From the NCBI GenBank assembly GCA_001179505.1, contig CDMY01000123.1:62075-126000 (forward strand): a DNA stretch of 63,926 nucleotides. The letters are read 5' to 3'. How positions within the stretch are numbered: position 1 is the first letter of the stretch; every line of letters begins with the position of its first letter. The notes beneath the pieces were generated by a model, which was not told the origin of the DNA, searched no databases, and was given only the letters and a program-made list of their open reading frames with translations. Source of the stretch: Vitrella brassicaformis CCMP3155 (lineage: Eukaryota; Protista; Chromerida). Below are positions 51,538 to 62,185 of the stretch, one piece after another. The position numbers were made by a program, and so were the translations under genes.

Positions 51538-54500
51538 CTATTCCACAGCAGCTTGGCTGCTCTCCTCTCTGGCCTGCCACGGCCACCTCCACGAGCACGG
51601 AAAACACCAGCAGCATCGCCTCTCTTTCACCTTCTGCTCCTTGGGCTGCTGGCTGTCTGCCTGTGTGGCTCTGCTCGCTCTTCTTCCGGCCCGCTGCCTG
51701 TGGAACTCCTCCTCTTCATCGGACAAAAGGAGGGACGAGATGGGATCGAAGGCGGCCTGGCGGAACAATACACCAAGCAGATGCACGCCTTTCACGAAAA
51801 GACATCATATCCGACTCGCCTCACTGACCGCGTCTGGGCGAATGGCGCATGGCTTGGGCAGGGCAGCGCGCTGCCACGTACACAAGTATACAGACAGATA
51901 CATCGTCACATACGCATCCTCTCCTCGCTCTTTTGCTGTCCTTACCTGTGATTGCTGGGGGCCGGGCGGGCTGGTGGGCTTGTCTTGCATCAGGTGAGCA
52001 TTCTTGTAGACGCTGACACAAAGACCCGCACAAATCAATGGACACGTGCCTGATTATGTGTTCGTCTTCCATCGACCATACCCTCTGGACTGGCTCCTCA
52101 ATTGTTTGAGATCTCGACGCGCTCGGCCCACCATCCCATCAGCTGATGAGCGAGGGCGCACTGGAATCCCTGAAGATGATGTAGTAGACCGCGGCGAAAG
52201 GGATGTTGACGTATACGCTTGCACATTGGCGCGCTGCTGATCACGACATGGATGCAAGGTCGCATTCAGAGGCGGTCTGTGTGTCTACCCCTACCCCTCT
52301 CCTCACTGACCTTGCTGTTCATGGTCTCCTTGACTTCGTTGTCCTCTGCCGTGTCATTGAGCCGTTGCTGTTGCTGCATGTGCAGGCAGAGAGGACAATC
52401 ATCTCTGTGTGTCTACCCCTACCCCTCTCCTCACTGACCTTGCTGTTCATGGTCTCCTTGACTTCGTTGTCCTCTGCCGTGTCATTGAGCCGTTGCTGTT
52501 GCTGCATGTGCAGGCAGAGAGGACAATCATCCGTCAATACGCGCGCCTGTGGTGTGTGCGTGTGTGCATACTTGTTCTTCCACTTGTCCGGTGGTGGCCT
52601 GGATGAGGGCACCGATGAGGGGCGGACCAGGCATATCGAGTCCTGCATACACACATACGCATGAACACGAATCCAGTCATACATATGCTTTCTTTTGGCT
52701 GTCTGCCTGGCTGGATGGCACCCCACCTGGGGACACGACATCGATGTCCTTCTCCGGCGCTCCTTGGTTGACCCTGTCATCTTGCAGCACCTCAGTGCCT
52801 GTGACCTTAGTCTGCTCATACACGCCAAGAATGATCTCTGTGCGCACCTCTTATTTCGTTGCTCACTGACCTCCATGGACTGCTGCTGGTGGTGGTCCTT
52901 GAGTGTCTTGATGGCCGGCAGCAGGGGCAGCGGCTGGCTCGCGAGAGATGGCGACGAGAGGGGACGCTGGCGGTCGGCCTCACTCTTTGCTTCCTCCGAG
53001 CCGATGCCGGAGGACTCGGCAGATGAGCCCATTGAGCCCTCGCCGCCCCACAGGTCCTTTTGCTTCTGCATCATCTCTATGCGGCGCTGTCCTCGCGCCG
53101 TCATGGGCACTGCGTCCAACTCGTCTTGCCCCTGGGCTTCGGAGGGCAACGCGGCCAGCGAGCCAAATGCGGTGGCGAGGGGGAGGTGGCCACCGGCTGT
53201 GTCGATGCTGTCGAAGCCCGTGTGGCGGACGGCGCGGCTGAGAGGGGACACATCGTCGGTTGAAACGGTGCGGCGGTGCTGCAGGTGGGGATGGGCCGTG
53301 AGAGGGCGCGACGACGCCGAGGGCTCTGAAGAGGGGGAGGAAAAGGGAGAGGTAAATGTGTGCGTCGAATGTGTTGTATCCTCACTGTCGTCATCATCGT
53401 CGGACTCCTCGAGTCCTTCGAGGGCCGATGTGTGTGCACGCTGATTAGAGAAAACCAGCATACCCGACACACTCATGTGACCCCCAAGCTGACGTCAATC
53501 AATCTATGTCTGCCCTTTGCTTACTCGCAGGCAGATAGATGGCTTCCGCAGTAAGGAAGCTTGAAGTGGATATTTCATCATGTGCTGGAGACGGGCTGCA
53601 CATGCCAAAGCCAACCACAGACACACCACACAAGAAGAGAAGGGCGACGGAAGAGGAGAAACTACATACGTGTAGCGATGCTTACAGACTCGTCCCACGA
53701 CTGATTCCAGCTGCATGGCCATCTCACAGTTGTAAGCGCCTGCCTTGGACACATTCAGCTGCTTCTGCATGCTCTTGTCGATTTCATTGCTGAGGCGCCG
53801 CACTCGCTGCTTGTCGTTGGTCATCTCCACCGACAATTCATCGGCAAGGCCTGACAGCATAATAGATATAAGACAAACCGTATCTCTCCGTCGCTGCCCA
53901 CCTTGGAGGGAGGCTACTGTTTCTAGCATCTTGTCGATGTCCTGATCGCACACAACACACATACACACATACATACGTCCAAGCGACGACGAGTGATGGA
54001 CAGGCTGTTAAATACCAGTCGGCTGGTGTCGCAAGGCTCGTTAAGGTCCTTGCTTGACTGCTGTTCAGCCAGCAGATTCTTCTGCACAGTCCAGAACATC
54101 ACGCTAAAGGACAGGCAAAGCGAAAGGGAAGTAGAGGAGAGCAGAGTGTGTGCCTGATTGATTCGTTTGGGTATCCATGTTCTCACCGGCGTTGCATTGA
54201 CCACGATTCTTGAAAGCCTTGCGTGAATGCCACCAGACGCCTGTGACAAGCTCTCAGGGCCTGCAAACATCACGCCACAATACAGACAATACCACTTTGA
54301 CACACACATGGTTCTGCATCTTGTGATACCTGTGTTGTAAGTTCACTGTCCTCATCCGAACGGGGCGTTAAGGGTGTAGGCGGAGAGCGGCCTGCGGGCG
54401 TTCGCGCCGCTGGTGTGCTCAAGAGGGATGAATGGTGACTTCGCTTGGCCCCTGCTGGCGTCATCGATGGCAGGCCTTCAGTCTTGCCACTTGCACTTAT

Positions 54501-55156
54501 CACCATGTGACAAGCTGCAGAAAGAGAGACAGAAGGGGAGACGTTTGAATGATACAAGGTATATGACGCGCACACACGGATTCACATCACCCTGAAAAGC
54601 CCTCGTGGCCGCCTCGACCGCGCTCCAGTACTGCAACCACAAATCGATACAACAACCAATAACAGACACAGTGACACACTGACTTTTGTCCAGACACTGC
54701 ATGGCTTTCTTTCTTTCTGCCTCTCACCTCATTCATGTGCAGAAGCTGCACCGACGACCTCTCCTTGCCCTCCCGCTCCAGGTTCTCCTTCTTGTCCTGG
54801 AGAACAGCCAGCGCGTCCTCGAGCTCGTGATAGAGCTCGTCAACGGTCGTTGTCTTGTCCAGGCCCTGGGGCTCCGCCGGACTCCGATCTGCTTCATCAT
54901 CTCCCTGGTTGTTGTCGTCGTGGATCTCCTGTGTGTGGCGGAGAGGCGGAGGAGTAGAGAAGCGGACGGACGTGCGCTTGGGGTGGGTGGCGGTGGTGGT
55001 GTTGATGGCGGTGATGGCGGTGATGGTGGCGGGAGTGGGGGAGGGGAGCGATGGCGGGGGCTCTTCGTCGACGTTGATGTCTCTGAAGAGCTGAGGCGAG
55101 AGGGGTCGCCTGGCGAGAGGGGTCTCTGAAGAGCTTGGCGAGAAAGGATCCATCAT
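51538..55156 (-). CDS. Hypothetical protein with coiled-coil (possible SNARE-like) segment and Cys-rich C-terminus
   Basis: ATG at 55156 (MMDPFSP). Exons include DQDIDKMLETVASLQG/GLADELSVEMTNDKQRVRRLSNEIDKS, and the last exon ends ..RRCCWCFPCSWRWPWQAREESSQAAVE-TAG. Confidence 0.6.
52276..52531. repeat. Perfect 128-bp tandem duplication containing a whole 63-nt exon
   Basis: 52276-52403 is identical to 52404-52531 by eye. Each copy has an acceptor, exon QQQRLNDTAEDNEVKETMNSK and a donor on the minus strand. Confidence 0.9.
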
Positions 55157-55357
55157 CCTTGATGGACTGCAGCCGGCTCGATGGGAGGGAAGGGATAGCT
55201 GTCTGGATGGGAAGAAACTGAAGAGAGATGACGGGGTGGGGTCTCAGAAAGGCCGCCGCAGCACGTCTGTGACGTGGTGGACGCAAAGGAGAAGCCCGAA
55301 ACCGGCGATCGCGACCTTTGCGGGCTTTGTTCTCCCCTCCCCCCCAACAAAAACACG

Positions 55358-55793
55358 ATGTCGTCGTATCCCCAGTCATATCCTGCGCCCCAGTACGGTG
55401 CTCCTTCCACGGGGGTGTCAGCCCCATCAGCATACCCAAGTACGAGCCAAAAGAACCGCAAAATCACCTTCCCTCCACTTCCCCCAACAGCACATCTCTT
55501 GCTTGTGGGGGTGTGTTCTGTCGGCTTGTGCGTGCCTCAGTGGGCGTTCCGGGATACGAGGCGGCCTATGCTGCCTACCCTCCTGCCTCCGCCTACCCGG
55601 CTGGCGATGCTGCTGGCGCGACGTATGGCTCCTATGAGATGCCGCCTGGCTATCAGTATTACCAGCAGTACCCCGCCGGCGGCTATGTGGTGAGCTTTGC
55701 CGTGGGGCAAGAGACCTGCAGATGTCCTTTCCTGCTGTGTCTTGGATTGTGTAGGTGACCCGTGAAGCCAAGAAGAAGAAATCTTGCTGCTAA
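55358..55793 (+). CDS. Small (~90 aa) Pro/Tyr/Ala/Gly-rich protein ending in KKKKSCC
   Basis: Three exons (55358-55439, 55541-55689, 55757-55793) join in frame: MSSYPQSYPAPQYG..GYQYYQQYPAGGYV|VTREAKKKKSCC-TAA. Confidence 0.8.
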
Positions 55794-56815
55794 TTTCGAC
55801 GACCACCACCGACCCGACAGGCGACAACTACTCTTCAAGCTGCAAGACGCGCAAGACTTCACCATTGATGGATGGATACATACTAGCAGACAGATATAGA
55901 CGTTCGTATGGGGATGTACACACGTATTTCATAGGTGGATAAAGGGGTCACATAGGTAAGGGATGGGCGAGAGAAAAGGGGCAGGGCAGGGCAGGGAGGG
56001 GGCACACCACACCACAGCACAGCACAGCACTCGTCTGGCCGACCGTTTTTTTGCTTCCATTGTTCTTCTGTTATGTCATGAGAGTACAGCCAAGTGGGGC
56101 AGTCAGATTGCATTGCATTGCATTCAATGCATCCATCCATTCACCCACAGCACACCGCACAGACAAGAGATCACGCCACACATGTGTGGGGAAGAGAGAG
56201 CATTGCATCCACCCGAGACCCAAGCACCCCACCCATCCATCATCACGCATGGCTGAGCTATGACTGACTGACTGACTGACTGGCATGCCACGGACTTATC
56301 ATTCCCATGAGCTGAAAACGTTTGCTGCCGCCCGCCCTTGTAGTATGATTGATACACGCGCCATGCGCACGAGCGCACATGCACATACAAGTACATGACA
56401 CAAAAACGGTGAAAATCGAACGTCTGTACATGCATTGCAAGCGGGACATACAGAAAAGGAAAAGCGAGAGCGAACAATCATCCGCTGCTCTTGCCCCTCT
56501 GTGTGCATCTGGTTCTCACCCTGACCACGCAGGCGACACACAGACTGTTGCCATCGTGAGCACTCCCGTCGCTCCGTCTCGTGTATTCCGCCTTCCCCGA
56601 TCGTCCACGCATCTGCCATGGTGCCGTGACTGTGAGGCAACACATCTTCGGAGATGTGTTCCCTCAGCGTCACAGCAGACAAGTTGATGCACAAACGAGA
56701 AGGGAAGAAAAGGCAGCAAAACAGACTCTGTACAGCCATGGTACACGTATCCCCTCCCTCCCTCCCTCCCTCCCTCGTTCCCATATATCTGTTTGTATCC
56801 ATCTATCTTTCTGTC

Positions 56816-57646
56816 TCAGCCTCTGTCGGTTTTGCTCCCGCTGCTGCTGCTGGTCCTCGGCCGTTTCACAAGCATCGGGCGCTTCTTGATGCCTTGGAAA
56901 CGCAACAAGGCCGCCTGACCAACAAACACACGGAACCACACATTGGTGAACGCCTGCATGTGTGTGGCCGCATACCCTGAGGTTGTGGTAGGCCCATTCG
57001 TCCTTGCTCACACGAGGGAAGTTGCGGGGCTGGCGGAAGTCCTTCTGAACAAACGACGACAGAGAGGGCTCTGAGGTGAGTGTGGCTGCGTGTGTGTGTG
57101 TGTGTGTGTACTCACCGCGGCGCATGTCTTGCACAGGGGCACCTTGGTATCACCAGCTGCACACACATACAAACAAACGGTCTGTGCACACCACTTTCTC
57201 TGTGTGTCTGTTTGGCATACATACAGGCGTGCTGGGCGGAGAAGACGCGTGTGGCGGGCTCTGCACACTCGACACACGTGTGCTTGACATACAGCTCCTT
57301 CCACCCTAAGCGACCGCGAGTCCTGCAAGCCAAACGAGACGCACCACATCCATGCAACTCAACTCCTGCCCATTTGTCCATCCCCCCCAACCCACCGAGT
57401 GCCCGTCTGCTTGATGTGGTGTCGCTCGCAGAGCTGCTTCCACAGGTGCTGATCCGCAAACAAGGAGGCTTCCTGCCACACACCGGACACCTGCACACAC
57501 AACAGACAGCCAGACAAATGACGAACGACGGCACACGAACGACCTCAGCCGTGGTGACCTGCTCTTACCTGCTCGCACGCAGCGAGTGCCCGACCGCAGC
57601 CCAGATAGCTCATCACCGTGTAGGCGCACTCAGGGCTGAGCGCCAT
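56816..57646 (-). CDS. F-box-like protein with CxxC..CxxC putative zinc-binding segment
   Basis: MALSPECAYTVMSYLG..ACEQ|VSGVWQEASLFADQHLWKQLCERH resembles an F-box, followed by WKELYVKHTCVECAEPA..VPLCKTCAA. TGA at 56816-56818. An upstream exon cannot be excluded. Confidence 0.6.
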
Positions 57647-57914
57647 GATCACCACGATGAGCGGCTCTATCACTGCAGACACACACCAGGCAGATGTAGT
57701 TGGAAGCGCTGTCATTCCTGCTGTTCTCCTCCTGCATCTGCGCTTACGGTGCTCATCTCCTTTTCCCGACCGATGCTATGAGAGGTCCACACACTATATC
57801 GTGCTTGGGGCGTGGAGCCTCGAAACAAAATTATAAGCTCTGATTGCCATGAGGACGCAGAATGGCTACAAAGGCACTTCGAGAGGGCTTCCCTGTTCCC
57901 CCCTCTTCCCTCCT

Positions 57915-57922
57915 TGCGAGCT
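57915..57922. promoter_or_regulatory. Candidate promoter motif TGCGAGCT
   Basis: Between the divergent F-box and mTERF ATGs, followed by a near copy AGCTCGCG. Confidence 0.4.
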
Positions 57923-58004
57923 CAGAAGCTCGCGCAGATCTGCCAGCATCTGAGCAGAAAGGAGGCTGCTACGCCGCCAGCGGTGGCGTCTGAGTGGTCT
58001 GCGA

Positions 58005-59206
58005 ATGAAGGTGAGGAGATCGCTGCTATGGGCCGTCGCCCTCGCGTCAATGGCTGTGCTTGAGGCTCTCGGCGTCCGCCATGATGGATGCACGAGTGCC
58101 TTCTGCCCCCCCTCTCCCTCTCCCCTCTCATCCGCCTCCTCCAGCTCTTTCCTTCTGCGCCCCTCACCAAACCATCGGCAGCACAGATCTCTCCCGCCAC
58201 CCATCATGTCAGCATCGCCGTCAGTGGCTGAGCGCGAGTGGGGAGCGGCCTTGAAGGACACGTCATACGGCAAGCAGGAGTTCGTGCAGACGCTCAAGCT
58301 GCCCCGCCGCATCCCCGACCGGCCTTATCGGCAGCTGAGTTGGATGAAGAAGCACTATACCCAGACGGGCAACGAGAAGGCATGGGTCAACGACCATGTC
58401 GACCAGATCACTGCAGAGCCGGAGGAGCTGACCGCCAAGATGGAGGCATTCGCGGACTTCTTCAGCTTCACGCCTACGCAGGTGTTCAAGCTCATCAAGA
58501 GGTGGCCGCTGATCATCAACAGGGACTATCAGTCGATGGCGCAGCAAATGCAGTCGTTGGGCTTCAGCAAGGACGACGTGAGCAAGCTGGTGTCGGCCGA
58601 GCCTTTCATTCTCAAGGCGCCCGTCGAGAAGAACGTGCAGCGGCTGGAGGAGCTCTTCTCCTTTGACAGGAAGGAGGTGCTCGAGCTCTACCGGAGGTGC
58701 CCCTCTCTGCTGAAGATCGGCCGGCCAGACGTCAAGGCCAAGAACCTCTGGCTATTCGGATTCGAATACGACCAAATCAAAGAGATGGTCAAGAGGTACG
58801 TAAATATTGCCATCGTGTACATGCTCACGAGTCCTATGGCGTGTGGCTGCGTGTGTGGCGTCGTGTGATGTGTTGCCGGCCATCCCTTTATTCTAGGTGG
58901 CCCCGTCTGTTGACACAATCAGTGGACAGGTGCTACCGGCCCAAGATGCACCTGTACGAGAAGCAGATCAAGGGCGACCTGTCGGACATCATCGCCTTCC
59001 CCCAGTACTTCTCCTACGGCCTGCGCTCCATCCTCATGCCGCGCATCGACGCACTGACGCGCGTCGGCGTCGCCCTCCCGCCGGTGAAGCAGCTGTGCCT
59101 GCTGAGCGATGACGTCTGGTGCGAGGCCTTCAGCGTGCCCAAGGAGTACCTGCTCGAGGCCAGACTGGAGAATATGTACAAGCCAGCACCGGCAGAGAAC
59201 ATCTAG
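58005..59206 (+). CDS. mTERF-family protein, probably plastid-targeted
   Basis: Signal peptide plus Ser/Pro-rich transit-like stretch (..CTSAF..), Leu-Pro mTERF repeats (LIKRWPLII, YRRCPSLL, VKRWPRLL) and C-terminal FPQYFSYGL..PR..LSDDVWC. Single intron at 58796-58896. Confidence 0.85.
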
Positions 59207-60508
59207 TCTAGATGGACACGACGGACGAACAGAGAGAGCGAGGGAGGGAGAGGGAGAGGAGGGATTTCAACCGATCGCTGCATGTCTTGGTTGCTGGATG
59301 ACACAGCAAGAGAGAGAGAGAGAGAGAGAGAGGTGGAGGGGTGGCTGTGAAGCAGTCTGTGTTGTCTGGCGGCGGCCTCTCGTACTGGATGGTCGCGATG
59401 TGTGTGTGTGTGTGTGTGTGTTTGTCATATATCGGACATGGTCAGTCATTGTTGTGACGGTGAATGCATGCATTTCATCCTCAGAATGAGAGCTTCGCTG
59501 CCTGTGTCATTTCGTCAGACGTACGCACACTGAATACATTAATGTCAGTTGTCCGCTGGAGTTCGCACGCACATGGACACACACACACACACACATCCAT
59601 CCATCAATCAATCCGTATGCTGCACAAGGCTCCACCCAGTTGGCTTTTCCACAGCAGCAACGCAACGCGCCACACAAGACGACCACAACACGATGGTACG
59701 CAAGGAAAACGACCACATGAGTCCGCCAAAGAATGGGTGTGGCGGTGGAGGGACGCATGGAGGTGTTGGCGCACAGGCAGTGACGGCAAGGCACGGCCAT
59801 CATCGTCTGGGCACCAACACACCATTGCGTCCATCCATCCATCCATACATCACATAGCGCACCATCATGTCCATCCAATGCACCAAGCCAGTAGACATAC
59901 ATCCACATACACATGCACAAGCCAGTAGACATCCCTCCCTCCCTCCCTCCCTCCATTTGCCTCTTCTCTCTCGGTACGGTCGGTATATACATCAGATAGA
60001 CAGAGGCATACAGTACTTATACAGAGAAAGACGTGGCCGACAAGTGATGTGATGCACATCAACAGGCATGCCATAGTGAACGAACGGCATATATTGAATA
60101 TATCAGTACTTACATAACGCTTGTTTCCTAACACGCACGCCAGCATGCCCTCAGTCAGTGATGGATAGCCCTGTGTGTGTCGCTCATTTCATTCTCTTTG
60201 CTGTCTTTTCTGAGCGTTTGTGTCTGCCGGTTCGTTCGATGCGCCTCGAACGCACGCAAACGATCCAAAAAGGCAGCAAAGTGAAGGTGAGTGAGCACAC
60301 CACACCAACCAGTCAGTCACAATCATCAAAACCAACCAACACAGAGAGGGAGTGTGCGCGTGCGAGCGTGTGTGTGTATGGTGTGTGCGACAAAACCACC
60401 CCACACACCCACCATGAGCCAATCCATCCTTCTCCCTCCCTCCCACCCTCCCATATGCACATGGTCGCTCTCTGTATCTGTCTGTCTGTCTATCTATCAG
60501 TATCTCGC

Positions 60509-61338
60509 TTAGGATTGGTAGATTCGGAATGTGCGTTCGATCCGTTGTTGGCATATGGGGCAGCGGCCTGTGGACCTCACTACCGACGTGGCGCACGCTT
60601 GGCACACGCAGAGGTGGTCTGACAACAAACAAACAAGCATACACACACACATACATACAGCAACACCAGGTGTGTATGTGTGTGTGTGTGTGATGTCTGT
60701 TTGTTCTTGTGTTGTGTGTGCTCTCACTGCATGGGCTGAATGCATGTGTCTTGTGCCGCTCGTGGCACACCGCACAGAAGCGCTCCAAGTCGCGCCGCTC
60801 CTGCAGCTCCCTCTCTACCGCAGACACCTGACGCTTCAACTGACACACAGACACACACGCGGAAGCACAAACAGGTAGAGGAATACAGGCTTGTCGTGTG
60901 TGTGTGTGTCCATATCACCTGATCCAACCGTGCCTCTAGCTGGGCCATGCTCATATTGCCATATCCCCCACCCCTACCGCCACCCCCTCCCCCTCCCGCC
61001 GCCTCCACCCTCACCGCCCCCTGCCGCCGCAGCTGCTGGATCTCACGGTTGAGGCTCTCGTTGATGCTCGCCTGTTTGTCGATGATCTCGTCCTTCCTGT
61101 CACTCTCGCGGCGGAGTTTGGCAATTTCCTTCAGCAGCTGGTCGTAGTTCTCCAAATCCCGAAGCCTCTCCTCTTCCTCGTCATGCGGTTGGTTGCGGTG
61201 GTGGCCGTAGTTGGTGCGATGGCGGCGGTCTCTATCAGGGAACAAGTCGCGCTGAGAGCCGCGCTGCTCCGTCCGGCGGCGGTCGGTGTCGTACACCATC
61301 TCAAATCTGCGGCCGCCCTGCCGCCTAGTGGCCGACAT
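60509..61338 (-). CDS. RING-finger (C3HC4, IAP/MDM2-type) E3 ligase with coiled coil
   Basis: CAVCHERHKTHAFSPC.HLCVCQACATSVVRSTGRCPICQQRIERTFRIY at the C-terminus, preceded by a coiled coil. TAA at 60509-60511. Confidence 0.88.
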
Positions 61339-61628
61339 GCAGGACAGTCAAGGTGAGCGATGAGGGGCGGAGGGGCGGGAAGAGTGGGACATCTGCGGGC
61401 GGGCGGTGAGGGAAATAGGGATGCGGGGCGACGGATGGCAGGGAGATGGTCCTCCCCGCCGAAATGAGCTACCACCAGTGAGTGGTGGACGAGATGCCGA
61501 ATGCCGATGTCTAGAACGAAGGTCTCCTCAGCGACAAGATGAGGGCCGATGCCGCTCCTGCACACGCGCGCGGGAATTTGTTGCTGCTGGAAGGCTTATA
61601 TGCTGTCTTCACTGCCTTGCAGAGTTTG

Positions 61629-61636
61629 AGCTCGCA
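61629..61636. promoter_or_regulatory. Candidate promoter motif AGCTCGCA (reverse complement of TGCGAGCT)
   Basis: Between the divergent RING and POLD1 ATGs, about 60 bp upstream of POLD1. Confidence 0.4.
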
Positions 61637-61694
61637 AACAGAGAAACAATCGGAGAGAAATCTCGTTTGAGGCCCTGTGCGGCTTGGTTTGATC

Positions 61695-62152
61695 ATGTCG
61701 AAGCTCGACGGCCGGAAGGCGCGGCCGCGCGCGGCGCTCGACGACGACGATGTCGACATGGACGCCGGTGAGCTGCAACGACTCATCCCCGGGCTGATCT
61801 GGCGCACGGATGTGCGGCTGTGCGTGTGTCTGATGTGCTTGTTGTGCTTGTTGTGTGGTGGTAATGCGGTCAATGCGGTCAGACAACGACGATGGCGAGC
61901 CGATGTCGAAGCGGATGCGTTCGTCTGACTGGGACGATGAGTTCGAGCCGCTCAAGAGGAAAGACCTCGACGCACCGCTAGACCCCAACAATGACAGGAT
62001 AGGTAGGTATCGTATCTGATCTGATGCACATACCAGATCACTCATGGTCGGATGGATGGATGGATGGATATCTCTTTGTGTGTGCGCAGTGTTCATGCAG
62101 ATCGACATCGACCAGTACACTGGCAAGGCCAAGAGGGACATGTGGCCGCAAG

Positions 62153-62185
<33 letters not shown>

